A stretch of DNA of 64,000 nucleotides from the human T2T-CHM13v2.0 reference genome, Homo sapiens. Position numbers and translations under genes: made by a program. Position 1 is the stretch's first letter. Each line of letters begins with the position of its first letter. Below are positions 45,110-60,888 of this stretch, in pieces. The notes below the pieces were generated by a model that saw nothing but the letters and a program-made list of their open reading frames with translations, ran no database searches and was not told where the DNA came from. The stretch lies in assembly GCF_009914755.1 (NCBI RefSeq), contig NC_060926.1. One strand, written 5' to 3'.

Positions 45110-46520
45110 CAAGAATGAGAGTTTAATTTCATCAAATGCTTTTCTTCTATATGTTTTTTTTTTAAAAAATTTATTGTACAGATTATATGAATAGATTTCC
45201 TAGCAATAAACCTTTCTAGGATAAAACCTACAGTCGGGATTTTTTGGTACATTGCTTAACTTATTTTGTGAATAGTTTATGAAGTTTTTATGTGTTCCTG
45301 TGTTTGTGAGATTGGCCTATGGTTTTCGATTTTTATACCATCCTGTCTGGTTTTGACATCAAGGACATATTGCTCTCATAAAATGAGTAGGGAGCATTCT
45401 CTTTTTCTCTTCTTTGAAGCAATTTGAATGAGATTGAAAATATGTATTTTTTATGTTTGTTAGAATATACCCATGGAATAATTTGTTTGGGTTTTTTGAT
45501 GAGTATATTTGTGCATGTGTGTGCACGTGAGCCTCTCTGCTTGTATGTGAATATATTTTAAAGTACTGTTTTACTTCCTTTAATAATAGACCTATCTAAA
45601 TTTCATACATATTCTTGGACAGTTTTGATAACATATTTTTCTAGAATATTATACCTTTTCTGGAATATTGTACCTTCAATCTAAGTGTTCAAATGTTCAT
45701 AATTGTTATTCATAGTATTTTCTTATAATTTCTGAAAATCTCCGCTGCATTTGAAATTAGGTTCTTATATTTCTTCATTGGTGGTGGTTTGTGTGTGTGT
45801 AATTTTTAAATCGATCTTAATCTTTGTCAGAAGTTTGTGAAATTTACTTAGCTTTTTTCCAAACAAATGCTTTTGGTTTTGTTGACTTTTTCTGTTTCTC
45901 TTTTCTCTTTTATTATTTATTTCTCTATTCATCTTTATAATTTCATTTATTCATTTTTTGATGGGTGGGGGGTTTACTTTGTTCCTCTTTTCTCAACTTT
46001 TTGAGTTGGATAGTTAGCTCACTAATTCTTGGACTTTCTTCAGTTATATATGCATTCTATACAATTTCCTCTAAGTGATGCCTATGCTCTATTACCTGAA
46101 GTTTGACATATGCTATTTTTATTTCCTTTCAATGCAAATTATTTTCTAATCATTAAAATTTATTGACTCATAAATTATTTCCAAACACATGGGAGTTTGG
46201 AGGGTTGCCTTTTTTGTAGAATATTTTAATTTTTATTGTATTATGATCAGAAAGCATGGCTATGTGATATTTGTTGTTTGACATTTGTTAAGTTGACTGA
46301 ATTGTAATACTATGTATTCTCTAATTCTTAGGTACAGGGATTTTGATATATCTATTAGATCAACTGTGTTAATCATGGTCTTCAAAATTTCTACAGGCTG
46401 TCTGTTATTGTATTTTCCTACAGCTTTCTTTTTATTTATTAGCTATTTAATTATTTTAACTATTACCAAGTTTCAGTTTGTAATTCTATTACCTCAAGTT
46501 GTTGAGAGTCTAATCTTGCA
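45110..46520 (-). mobile_element. Older L1 ORF2 remnant, continuation of the element split by the 41.4-45.1 kb L1
   Basis: atcaaatgcttttct…gagattggcctatggtttt…ggttttgacatcaagg…ctcataaaatgagtagggagcattc. Confidence 0.7.
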
Positions 46521-47469
46521 TTTATAGTGTATTCTACCTTTTGTCTATGGTAGATTTCTCCTTGTGGATTTTGAAATTTTTAATTGTGAGGTTAACATTT
46601 TTCTTCCATGAATTTCTTTTGGCATTAATGGTTTTGCTTTTTCCAGCTGATCAGAATTATCACTGGCCTAGAAAAAATTTTTATGCTAATCTCTCAATGA
46701 AGAATTCCTAGAAAAGGTGAGTAAATTTGAACCCCAGGTCATTTGGGGGTTTCTAATTCCCAAGGGAGACATTTTTGCTCATCTAGAACACAGGCACAGA
46801 CAGATAAGACTCCTTGTTTATCTGTGCTGACAGATTTTGTTCCAGTCTGTCTTTTCTGAGAGGGTATCAATTTTTGAGAGTTCCAGTTTGAGGGTTCTCA
46901 ATTCCAACTCTCCTCCTTGCATTGGCCCAATATCTTGTCTCTTATACTTTTAAAAACCAAGTCGTCGTATTATTTCCCTTCTGGTAACTATATTATCAGC
47001 TCCTAAGTTGCCACTCTGGTTTTATGCTTCTCTTTGGCACCTGGAAATTTCTACTTTATTTTTATTGTGAGCCTAATCATATATTTAAAATATTTTTAAA
47101 GTTATATTTTGTGAAGAATTCTTGGTTTTGGGAGCAAGAACTTTCACAGTTGTCATTGGTCTTCATCTCAGTGTTCCATATTTCAGGAACTGGAATTCAT
47201 CCTTAGAGTCTTTTAATTGTGAAAGATGAATGTTTCAGGACATCACAAGGCAAACACCTGTCAAAACGTTTTGACTGTTCATTTTCTACTGAATTCAACA
47301 TCTCAACAGTATTTAGATAGGTGCTTCATTGCTGTCAGCCAGAATGAGCCAGAATTGTTCCTGGGTTGGTGCTGGGTAGAAGACCCTGGTGGGGGCTAGC
47401 AGCCTATAGGGGGACCACTGGAGGGAAACTGAGCTGTGGTTCTCATATATGGAAGAGACATCTTATGTT

Positions 47470-47802
<333 letters not shown>

Positions 47803-48374
47803 TAGCAGGCCCATGGTGAAATTTACTTGGATTTGTTTCCTGGAGAAGTCCTCTTTGATTTCTGCTTATGGGGAGACCCTGTTATAAGATTTTTCTTTGC
47901 TTATTCCAGAAACAATGGGCTCTCCCTGATCAAAAGAAAAAACAAGCAGAATTTCCAAATGGAGTGCCTCCAGGGGAGGATTTTTCTATGTTATTCATTC
48001 TCCCTCTGTGCAAATACAGAGATATATTATGGGGAAATATGCAGAGGCCTTAGTAGGTGTTCCTTGCTTAAGAAAAATGGTGACATTGATTAAAACCCTC
48101 TATTCCCATATAAAGGAACAATTATTACACAGCAATGCCAGGAGGTTCAGGCCCCATGTGGAGATTTCTTTGTGGCCTTCCCATGGTAGCCAGGAGCAAT
48201 AATGCAGCCAGAAGAACTATAATTTCAGTGTCTTCTAAGTGCTAAGCCATGGTGTTGGGAATACAGAGATGGAGGAATCTTGTGGTCTTTACCCTGGAGG
48301 GGCTCACAGACGAGGTGTGTAGAAGCCACTAGAGAATTAAGAATGATAACAATCTGTAAAAGAGAATGTTGAGG

Positions 48375-49400
48375 AATTGAACTTCATCACAATTAAAAAC
48401 TTTTATTCTTTAAAATACACTGCCAAAAGAATAAAAAGACAACCCACGGACTGGGAGAAAATATTTGTAAGCTACATATCTCATAAAGGACTTGTGTCAA
48501 AAATCTATAAAGAACACTCAAAAAACAAATACCCAACTAAAAAATAGGCAAAAGATTTGAAGAGTCATTTCAGCAAAGAAGATATATAGATGGCTAATAA
48601 GCACATTGAAAAGATGTTCAACATTCATCATTAGGAAAATGCAACTTAAAACCACAATAAAATATCACCACCGATCTATTTGAGTGGCTAAAATTAAAAA
48701 GATCGATCATATCAAGGGTTGGCTAGGATGTGGACTGCAGCCCTCATGCATTGTTGGTGGCAATGTAAAATGGAACAATCACTTGGTAAAATAGTTTGGC
48801 AGTTTCTTAAAAAATTAAGCACACTCCTATCATATATCCACCCACTTCACTCCTAGATATGTGCCCAAGAGGAAAGGAAATATATAACCACAAAGAGACT
48901 TGTACATGAATATTCATAGATGCTTTATATGTAATAGCTGCAAACTGGAAACAGCCCAAATGTCTACCAACAGGTGAATGAATAAACCAAATGGGGTCCA
49001 TCCATATACCAGAATACCCCACTCGACAGTAAAAAAGAATTGAACTATTGACACACAGACAGATGGATGAATGTCAAAATAATTATGCTGAATATGAAAG
49101 AAGACAGACCAAAAAAAAGAGTACATGCTACATGATTTCATTAAATACAAATCTAGAAATTGCAACCTAATCTAGAATGAGGGAAAGCAGATGAGATGTC
49201 GTATGGGGATGTCGTTGAGGGAGGTGAGGGGAAGCATTACAAAGAGTCATACAGAAACTTTCAGAGGGGATGGATTGTTTACTATCTTGATTGTAGTGAT
49301 GGTTTCATGGGTGTATACCTATGTGAAAACTTACAAATTGTTCAGTTAAAGTATATGCAGTTTACTGCAGTCCAATGATACTTCAAGAAGGCTACTTAAA
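48375..49400 (+). mobile_element. Old L1 (L1MC/MD/ME) ORF2 3' end and 3'UTR
   Basis: aaagacaacccacggactgggagaaaatatttg…ctatcttgattgtagtgatggtttcatgggtgtatac. Confidence 0.85.
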
Positions 49401-50189
49401 AATAGGGTGATAGCACATTAGAAAAGGCATGTTCAGACTGCCATCAGTAGACAGTACCTGCGAGTATCTCTTGACTCAAACTAACCAGGGGTCAGGGAGA
49501 GGGGAGGACGGATCTGAGATTTGAAATTTGAACGCAGGTTATTCAAGGAAAAAGGAGTGAGGAAGGGCAGGAGGGGTGGAGGCCTCTCCATGTTGGGGCT
49601 ATAACAAATGCCAAGGTCCAAGCATGTCAGAGTGTGGTGTGTTCAGAGACCTGCCAGTGGCTTGGTATGATGGAAACATAGGATGCTTATGAGCAGGAGA
49701 GAAGAGAAGAGGAAAGGAGAAGAGAGAAGAGGGGAGAGGCAGGAAATGACTGTCTCAGATCTCTTTCCATCTCTGGGTTTATGAAATTCTCATTATATGT
49801 CACTTACTTGTGTCACCAACTTGTCCAGGCATGCCCAGCCCTGCATACAAAATGAGATCAGAACTCCATTTATGTACAAATTACAATGGTACCACTCTCT
49901 AAGTGCCCTCCTGCCCAAAGTATGCCCTAGTTATTTGGCAAAATCCCTGAATGGGGCCTCATATGTTCTGGAAACAGTCTGCCATGTTCTGTTCTTCCTT
50001 CTCAGCTCATACTTTTTGCTATCTACTACTCAGGAAGCTGATTGACAGAGCTGCAATGATTTTCCTGTTCAAAGTGCCCGCTGGGAGTACTCCAGAGTTC
50101 ATGCCAAGATGCATGAAATGCTGGGTGGGCCCAAAGCTTCCAGTTTCAGGTACCAGAACATGGAGACAATCTTGTCACAGATCTGCATT

Positions 50190-50739
50190 GTGTTAGGCTA
50201 GCTAAGTGAGAATTACCCTTTGGAGAATTCCCTTTTCTCTATAGGTCCAGGATAGCATTGCTCACGAGAGATATTTTGCGTGAGATCTGTAATGCGGGAG
50301 TAAAGCAGCAATAGTGTTTTTTCACTGCTGATCAGTGTAGGTGCCATGGCAGCCTGCCCACGTTTGTCACTGATCAGCTGTCTCGCTGGGGTGACTCTCA
50401 CCAATCTCCTGCTTCTTTGAGTCCTTGGCCAGGTGTGTGTGCAGCTTTGTGGTGAAGGGGCTGGCATCCTGCAGCTCAGCCAGGGCATCGCATTGAGGCT
50501 GGAGGTGATAGATGCAGGTCCCACTTCATCCTTGTGGGCTTCAGTTTGTCCTTGCTCTTGTCGACAACCAGCTTTGCTTTGTGACTGCCAATCCAGCTGA
50601 CCTACAGCAACTTCAAGGTCAACACTAGACACAGAGGGACCAGGCTGCACAGAAGGGTCTCTCACCTCCCCCAATATAATAAATCTCTTATTTTATATCA
50701 CTCACAGTGGTTCCTCTTCCCTGAACCCTGACTAATTCA
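50190..50739 (+). mobile_element. ERVL LTR (MLT2F-like)
   Basis: agaattcccttttctctat…ttgcgtgagatct…ataataaatctctt…gaaccctgactaattca. Confidence 0.75.
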
Positions 50740-51323
50740 GGTTTCCTGCTCACCTTTGTGCCACCTGGATCTAGGAGCAGCTCTGCTTCCCTAAAACATT
50801 TGTAAAAGCTTCTCATGAAAGCCACATCTCCGAAGTCTGACAACCACCCTTCCACACAGAGACTCAAACCCCAGGTCTGGTTGTGGGGAGGTGCCAATAC
50901 AAACCTTGCAATTTACTCACTTTTACCAACTCCACCCCAACCAAATGCCTTCCTCCTCTTTCAGTTAATAAAAACAAAAGCTCGCTGCACTTCCATGGGT
51001 GTGAACAGATGTTCTGTGTGGGCGTGAGTGCTGGTCCCCACCAGCTGCCTCAGGGCCTTGCTGCCCCAACAGCCCCCAGTGCCCTCCGAGACGTGATTAA
51101 CTCCTCCCTGAGTCTTTGATTCTTCCGTTCAAAGAGTTCTGGCAACTTGACCCTTTGCTCATATGTCTTTGTTTTCACTCATTTCCTTTCCCGGCTGCTT
51201 TGCCAGGACTCTGGGATGGATTACAAGGCCTTGGTGAGGATCTATCTGACTGGAGTAGTGCACAGCGACAGACAGGAATATTGGCCTTTGTCTGCCATGC
51301 AATCCTATATCTGGTAAATGTGA

Positions 51324-51655
<332 letters not shown>

Positions 51656-51879
51656 CTGAAAGTGAGAAAATTCTAAAGGCTAGAACAGGATGAACTAGTA
51701 ATAGAGGACTTAAGTTTGAATCTGCCTGTATGAGTCTCTCGGACTGTGGGCACGTCTCTTGCTATCCCTTCTCTGTAAAGAAGAGCCTGGAGAGTTTTAA
51801 GATTTCCCTCCTACTGCTCCCATGGGACATTCTGAATATGGTGAGAAAGTGCTCTGAGGTCTGAAAAGCAGTGTTGCCT

Positions 51880-52092
51880 AGTGCAGCTGTTTCTAAACCT
51901 CATTGGAACCCCCTCAGTTGGGTTACTATTCCTACACATATGCTAGAAACCAACACCACTTTCTAGCTCTGCCACCTCCTTTCCAAAATTTTAAAATCAG
52001 TAGGTGGAAGGTGATATGGCATCTGTACTTTAAAAACCAAAATAAGACCGTGGGTGATTCTGTTGATCAGCTGAGCGTGGAAACAACTGGTC
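51880..52092. mobile_element. MER5B-like MITE
   Basis: cagctgtttctaaacc…ggtgattctgttgatcagc…ggaaacaactg. Confidence 0.55.
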
Positions 52093-53372
52093 TAGTGAAC
52101 AGTAGATGAAGAAAAGGGTCTTACAAAATTTAGGGGTTCTGTCTATAAGGCCAAGAAAAACGGAAGCAATTATTCAGATAATCTCAGCACAAAACCACAG
52201 TTTCATTGGAATTGCGGGAATCATGAGTATCAGTTTCTGAGATACTTGGGTGGAAAGTATGTGGGTGGAGCCCAAATCTTATGTATTTAAATTCAGATCA
52301 AGCCTGTAGTAAAGATGACAGCGGTGGGAGATTGAGCAGAGAGGGGAGAATGGCATTTTCTGAATTCTCATTGTGCCACCATACATTCTGGATGTGTTGG
52401 GAGCCCCTTCATTTCACAGATGCTTATTGCTAGTAAGTACTATTGTAGCTCACAAACCATGAGTCGCCACGTTTGACATGGGAAAATGATGCTTGCTATT
52501 TATTTATAATACAACGTGTTTTGACTAACCATCAGAGAATATATTTTGAGGCAACTTTCCACTTTGCTTAGGATATAACATTTTTAATGCATCTTTCAAT
52601 GGATATCTATTTTTAGGTCACCATTAGTTGCCTTGTAACTGAGATGGCCACATATTCACAGATATTTGGGGAGGCCCACAGATTTATTATTCTGCCTCAT
52701 TGTCTTGTTGGTACCATATGACCAGTTAGCCTCTTGTTTCCTCATTTGAGTGTGGGAAACGGCTCTGTCTTTAGACACTAAATGGCATGCATGTAATCTT
52801 GTTTAGGGTCATTGTTCCCGGGTCTGAGTTTACTAGATGGAGAATTTCTTCAATGCCAGGTTTCCCAGGAGGAAAATGAGCCTATTTTGGTTGCATCAAA
52901 TGCATCAGTTCACTGCTCTGGGTATCATCTGAAGAGCAAGAGGAGTCTGGGGGCCAGTATTGCATTTCATGTGAATGCTGGCTGAGTACTGCCATCTTGT
53001 GGCTGGGCAAACCCTAAAGCCTACCAGGGACCTTGGAGCAACCTTACAAAAAGAAAGCAGACATCAAGAACCCATGTTCTCTACCTGCATGGAAGAAAAA
53101 AATTGACCATGAATCCCTAACAACAGTGCCATCCCTCCTTTCCTAGCTCTTGAATAAGTAACTGCTCTCTTATTAAGACCGAGTCCTGTCTGTTTCTTTA
53201 AAGAGAATACATCCATTCTTCTTCTGGTTTTAGTAATTTTTGGACCAGCCTTTAGATAATCTTTTGAGCCAAGTTTTGAGAAGTTTGGAGAGGGAAGGCC
53301 TTAAAAATATGTATAGTATCCAAGGCCAGAAAAAGAGGCAGAAATTGGAGACAGGTGACTCCTGCCTCTGGG

Positions 53373-53545
53373 GCAGTGGCTTTCTAAGTGAGGTGTGCCA
53401 GCAGCATCAGCATCACCTGGAAACTTGTTAAAATGCACATTCTTGGCTCCCAGCTAGACCTGCTGAGTCAGAAACTCTGGAGGTGGAGCCCAGAAATATG
53501 TGTTTTAAGATGATTCGGATGCACATTCAAGTTAGAGAACCCCTG
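53373..53545 (+). mobile_element. MER5A MITE (second fragment at ~53715-53820)
   Basis: gcagcatcagcatcacctggaaacttgttaaaatgcac…tcagaaactctggaggtggagccc…gatgcacattcaagttagagaaccc. Confidence 0.85.
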
Positions 53546-54594
53546 TCTTGGGGAATAGAAGCCAACCCCAGGCAAATGTGAAGCGAAGACATCCAAGGTC
53601 CATTCTGTGCTCCATTATACTCATTGCTGTTCTGTTCCCTTTTCCTGTGTTAGGAACTCAGTAAGCCATACATATTTATTGTGTGAATACTATTGGTAAG
53701 CCACTGTATGGTATGACATGGGGGTTGGTCTGAGTAAGGGACTGGGAATTTGCGTTTCTAACAGTTTCTCAGGTGATGCTGCTGCTGCTGCTCCAGGGAC
53801 TGTGTTTTGGGAACCCAGTGTTAGAGATAAGAGCAGCAGGCCCAGAAGCCCATGTGGTTTTCAGATGGAGAGTGCAGTTCAGGCTTTTTGGGGAATCCAT
53901 GTGGCTACGAGCCTGCTTCTCAACACTCCCTGCCTCTCAACCCTGCCTGCCTCCTACCAAGGGCACAGGGAGACATGTTTATTTGAAGTGAACTCTAGTC
54001 CATTATAAAGAGATTAAAATAACATGCTGTGATTTTACCACCCAAAGGTTAGGCAATTCAAAAGCCAGAGCAAGCATGTGATGATTAAAAGGCATGGCAG
54101 AAAATTGTCAATAGCTTTGGAGATTTCATCCATACATTAAAAGACCTGTTTCGTGTTCTATTGGATCAATATGGCTCCAACGCTAGCACATTCACCTCTT
54201 GTTTAATTTGCCATTTAAAAATTTTGGTTAGTCCAATGACTCTAAACAATTCCAATGCAAAGAATAAATAAGCAGAACAGCAAATCAAACTGGATTTGTG
54301 GGCACAATTATATAGTAAGAACTCCAGAGCTGGAAGTAGAACTCTAATCACAGATTAGAATACAAATGTTTGCTTGTACATCATACGCAGGCTCTACTAT
54401 CTGCTGAATATAAATGGCTCCCTGATCGAACCTCTAGCCTGCATCGGGTGGGAAGGTAAGAGCTGGGTTTTGCTTTGCAAAATCTTAAGTCTCACCAAGA
54501 GAATCAGGGAGGCAGCCAATTGTAGTGGCAAATACGCAAAGCTTTGGAGTCAGGAAGTTATTTATTCTCTGGCTCTCGTTTTTATTATGTATTT

Positions 54595-54887
<293 letters not shown>

Positions 54888-55004
54888 ATCTCATTTTTTA
54901 AAACCTGTAAATCTGGGACAATGCAACCTACTGCAAGGAGTGGTTTTAGGGGTCAAGTAAAAATGGCCGGCAAGGCACAGAGTAGATGCTTGATATATAG
55001 CAGC

Positions 55005-55312
<308 letters not shown>

Positions 55313-55959
55313 CCCTATAGCAGCTATTCTTAAGTCTCCAGCTTCAGAGGGCTGGGGCCAGGAGAGGTTAAGAGGTGAACATCCATATTTACAGCCTTCA
55401 TGTTTGGGGCCTTCTTCTCCCTCCTAAGGTTTTTCTGTGTTAAAATGCAAGTACATGTGCCCCTGGTGGAGAAACTCCCCGGGCTATAAAATTTTTACTA
55501 CAGAATTGACAGAAATGGTCCCTGTAGATTTGGCTGAAATAAGATGTGCTTGAATTGTAAAGGGATGCCCCATATTTGGGGTAGGTGCTGTGCTAGTCAC
55601 AGTCAATGTGCTTGTCAGGTGCATCCCCCTAGAAAACCAGCTGAGTTTGGTGTGAAGATAATTGGGAGGAGGAGAGTTTGGGTTCAGGGAGGAAAGGCCT
55701 GGTGGGGGCCTGCAGTGGATGGGAGAGCAAGAAAGAAGGGGCGTGGAGAAAAGTAGGGAGGCAGGTGTGGGGGTGCTAGAGGTTGTTACTTCCTGAAGTT
55801 GGGTCCCTCTGGGTGGAATGCCTTTCAGTGACCAGGGGCCACCTGTCCCACCATGTGACTCCATTGCTCAAGGAGCGTCCAGTGGAATAAGTGAGAATCT
55901 GAAGCAGAGAAAAATCATCCAGCAGCCATGTGATGAGTATGTAGGGGAGAGTTGAGGCT

Positions 55960-56330
55960 ATGTGGTCAGCTTCGGTCCCGAGTTAGAATCAGATCTGTGA
56001 CTTCAAGCAGAGTGACCTTGAGCTGGTTATCCAACTAATTCGTGACTTAGGCCTTCTGATAAACTGGGCTTCATAATATACTCATCTCACAGGGCTGGTG
56101 TGAGGATCGGCAGGGGTCATGTGAGGAAGCACTTAGCAGAGTCTAGCAAGCACTTAAACAGCAACTAGTGTCATGATAAAGCTTTATGCTCTGGATGCCC
56201 TTGACGGGGCTTTTAGCTGTGTGACCTTCAAGAAGTCACCTGCTCTTTCTGAGACTCAGTTGCTTCAGCCCTTTAAAAACAGAAACAAACACAGCCGACC
56301 ACAGGGTGTGTATGGATCTGAATGAGTACA
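55960..56330 (+). mobile_element. Two MIR fragments
   Basis: gtgaccttgagc…ctcacagggctggtgtgaggat; gctgtgtgaccttcaagaagtcacctgctctttctgagactcagt. Confidence 0.7.
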
Positions 56331-56729
56331 GACAAAGTCACTCATTGCAGGACTGAGTAGGAGGCAGGGTGCTGGGATTGGTGGGTTTAGGGAGGTCTGG
56401 GAGGGCCCTGAAGCTCAAGAGAAGTTTGTTTGGAAAGAAAAGCATCTTCCGTTTTGACTGAGAGGAAATGGGGAGGGGATGTGGTGCAGCGTCAAAGGCA
56501 GGGTCTGCTGACGAAACTTGGTGGTGGTGTTTCTCAAACAGAAATAGGACATTCTCACTCTCCGTGACACTCAAACTCCAAAGTTTCGGCCTGGGTGGTG
56601 GTTGCACCTGTCACTGACGACCTCACTTGACTTTGAGTTAAGCTGCCCAGGCAGCCAGAGCAACTGTGCCCTGGAAGGCGGCCCTGCCATCAGACAGACA
56701 TGTTTTTCATATATTCCTGATTTTCATGT

Positions 56730-57030
56730 AGTAGTTCACTGGACATTTACTGCACACCTACTATATGCTAGGTGCAAGGGATTCAGCAGTGAATAAAACA
56801 GTTGCAGGTCTTGCTCTCAAAGACCTTTCAGTCCTGCAGGAGACAGAGGCAATAGAGAAAGAACAGCTTACTTGCATGTATAATTAAGATTTTTGCTGTG
56901 ACGTTAAAGTTCAGAATGCTGTGAGACTGTACAATGGGGCAAAACCTAATTTAGATTGGGAGACCAGCAAGATAAATGAAACAGGAATGGAGTTCAGATG
57001 AGAGATGAAATAACACTGGACTGAAGTGGA
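56730..57030 (-). mobile_element. L2 3' fragment
   Basis: acatttactgcacacctactatatgctagg…cagcagtgaataaaaca. Confidence 0.7.
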
Positions 57031-57784
57031 GACAGGCTTTCTTTTTTCCTCAAACACCTCCCTTCACATCCAGGCATAGACCACTGGAAAAGTAGTTGCC
57101 CTGCTTCCTGATATTACTGTCCTCTAAATACACACACTTTGTGTACCCCCTCCATTCATTTCCACCCCCTGTCAGTCATTCTTGCCTGTATAAATTTCAA
57201 CTTTAGCCACAGCCCTGGCCTCACTTCTTATAAAGCCTGCTTCACTCTTCAGTTCTCCAAGTTCTCTCTTCCTTTAGGCTTTTTTTTTTTTTTTTCAGGG
57301 TGGTCTGGACTGCTCTTTCAACCTGATTCTATTTGCCCATGTGGCATGTTTTGTTAATCCCATGGCCATACGTATGCTGGCATGTCTATAGTCCATCTGT
57401 GCAAATAGATGATACGTAGCATTTCCTCAACCAGAATACTGAGGAGCCTATGCAAATGAGCCATAATAGATCTTATCCTTCAGCCTGCTCACTTGAATGA
57501 GTTAAAACTGAGATACAGAGTAGTTAAAGGGGCCCACCAGTCACTGGACGAGAGTCTCAGACTATGATCATGTCTTGTTATTTTATCTTTATATCTCTTC
57601 AGGGCATTTGTTCCAGAGTCAGAATGCAATAGATGTTTTCTCTTTGATTGTTTATTCCTCGAGTTGGCCCATACATGTACTATCCCCTGTTCTTCCATTA
57701 CTCATTTCAAGCAGTAGCTGTAGCATCTGTATTATTTAGCTCCTCTGTATGACTTGATTATCTTATCTGTCAAATGGGTATAGT

Positions 57785-58140
57785 AATTCAAATCAACAAA
57801 CATTTATTCAATACTTACTATATCTCAAGGACTTTGCAAAGCTTTGGCGGGGGGCGGGGGTGGGTGCTGCAATAAGCCTGTTAAGATAGATCTGTACTCT
57901 TGCCTTAAGGAAACACACAGTGGTAGAACTTGGTAAAGGAATAACTACACTATAGCAAAAATGTCTATAATAAAGGAATATGCAACATATGGGAACACAG
58001 AACAGAGTAACTATTGCCTGGGGTAAGTGGAAAAGCTCATTAACACCTTCTCTACTTACCTTGAGTTTGCATTATGAGATTCTAATGAGATCATGCAGTG
58101 AAAGTGTGATGAAAAATGGAAAGGATTGTGCATGAAAACT
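57785..58140. mobile_element. L2 (minus) and MIR fragments
   Basis: tcaacaaacatttattcaatacttacta…; gagattctaatgagatcatgcagtgaaagtg. Confidence 0.55.
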
Positions 58141-60487
58141 ACTAACCAAATGGATGGCAGTGTGATATGGGAGACTTTGGAGAGAGGTGAAAGAAGAAAG
58201 TGGTGGCTGCGACAAGAGGTTTGGACAGCATCTGTTCTGATGAACCAGTAAGTCTTACACACAGATAAAATTCAGAGGCATGGCTATAGACCATCTGAGC
58301 TACAGCCACCCCAGCTTTAAATTAAGATTTTGGCCACAGGAATGACCCAACCTCTTCATTCCATTAACATAGGTGAAAGCTCTGTGACCTGGAGTATTTG
58401 TCACCATTATCCTCCCATTGGAAGAAGATGATTGGGAAGACTGGAATTAGATGAGCGGAGGGAATGCTGGTGGGAGTGGGCCTTTGGAATGGGAAGCCCA
58501 TAGCTATGACCATCTTGTCAGAACTAGGAGCCCTGATGGGCTAGTGAGAGAGTCACTTCTCTCTCCTTGTCCCTGCATCTGTAATCATGGAGATCTGAAT
58601 GATGTGTTGTTTTGAAATAAGTGGTTTGCAAACATGAGCAGCTGTCATAATAATGAAAGCACAACATTCAGAAAATTACTCTTTGGTTAGGATTGACAAT
58701 AGTTTGGGTCAAAGGACATTGCCCAAAGCAAAATAATTATGTATGGTGCAAGTCTGACATCATGCTAGGAGGCATTCTTTAAAAACCAAAAACAAAAAAC
58801 CCATTTGTGTACCGTCCTTGACTCTTGGTTCTGCCCAAGCTCTAGAGCGACATCCAACCTAGCCCTGAGAATAGGAGAGAAAAGTGACAACAGGGCACTC
58901 TCTGCTGGTGAGGCAGACCCACTACAGCTCATTGCCAGAGTCTCTGCCTCTGAGCCAAACCTATAAATCTCAGGAACATCTACAAGAACTGTTTTCATGT
59001 CCCAAGATGTAGAGGGATATCTTCTGCTTGCTGAGAAAACATTCTGAGGATCTTGCTGGGCTCTGTAGCAATAAAACAGGCAAGTACCATGTAGTCTTTC
59101 ATAAATGGCTCATTATTGGAGTGAAAATGAAGCAAGAATAGCCCCAGTGTAAATCACTGTGACAAACGAGTAACTAAACTAGCATGAGGGCTCTCTGTCT
59201 TATACAACTGTCTCTCTTCCTCCTTTGCTTCCTCCACTTAGCTAACATTAACCAGCAAGGGGTATTCTTTCTTTGAAGTTGAATCTGTGGTATACTGTGG
59301 AAACAGCAGCAATTGTGGTACCCCCAAACCATTAGTGGGGTCTCCTCTTTGTGGTTCTGTGAGCCTTCAGGAAGTATAAATGGAAAGAGGAAGACTAGAA
59401 AGGAGATAATTCAAATAACCTGTTGTCTTCTCACCCCAGGAGGGATGCCTTTGCTACTGACCAATACACAGATGTTGCAGTGGCTGTTAGCACAAGTCTC
59501 TGTGTGAAAAAGGGTTGTGATCTCTGAGCCCATGACTGGAGCTGTCCTCTGCTCAATTTTATGGCAGTACTGCATGATACCTTAACCGTAGTAAAAATGA
59601 AGGGAGGTCTGTACAAACAACAACACCTCAATGCTGTCTGTCTGGATTTATTTATCTTTGACAAAAGCTGACTTGAGATACTCAAAGCCAGCTGGAGATG
59701 GCTCCACTGGAAATTCAGCAGGACGGACTTTCCTAGCCTTTGCCTGGACATCCTTGCTTACCTATAGGATCCTTTTGGCCTGATCATTTGTCTATGCCAT
59801 GATGCAAAATACCAGGTTAGAAAATGGAGTCTCTGGCACCCCCCATTTTGCAAATAACAGGAGCAGGCCTGTGATTACTGCAGCAGAAGTTTAAAGCAAT
59901 GAATACTGGATGGATCATAGGTTGAGCCTGTGGTGGGAGGGTTTTGCTGCATGCATGTGCTTTAGCTACTATATTCTTTTTCACCTAGTGATTCCCTCAA
60001 AATCATTCTTTGGTTATGGCAAAGAATGTATAGTGGCCAATAGTGCATTACCCTCACATAAGGTCTGCTACCACCACCCCTATATCCTTTGTGCAACTTT
60101 GAGTGAGCTGGGGAGAAGGACAGGGAAGAAGGAATAGAAGTATTTTTTATGGTGGAGTCTCTCTGCAGCAAAAACATGCTCAGGCAGTTCCTGGGCCCCA
60201 AAGGATGCAGAATCTGGCACCACCTTACTTGAAGCAGAGCGTACAGTGTATTTTTCTTCATAGATAGCCTGTAAAGCTCTGCCAATAGGCCTATTTTTCT
60301 CAGGGCTAGTGACTCATTTGGGGCAGTGAAGCAGGAGTGAATCTCATGGACAGATGGTGACCTCGTGTTTGGAGGACACCCTAGAGGGAATCAATCAGAC
60401 CAACATTTTTCACTTTTTTTTTTTTTGCAACTAATCCAATCCACGTATTTTGAACATTTAAGTAAATTGCATAGTACACACTTTTAA

Positions 60488-60888
<401 letters not shown>

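Noticed and set aside
45637-45676. ~19-bp tandem duplication (ttttctagaatattatacc / ttttctggaatattgtacc)
   Set aside because: Ordinary local slippage inside a decayed L1.
50213-50674. 153-aa minus-strand ORF
   Set aside because: Lies entirely within an MLT2F-like LTR; no protein family resemblance.
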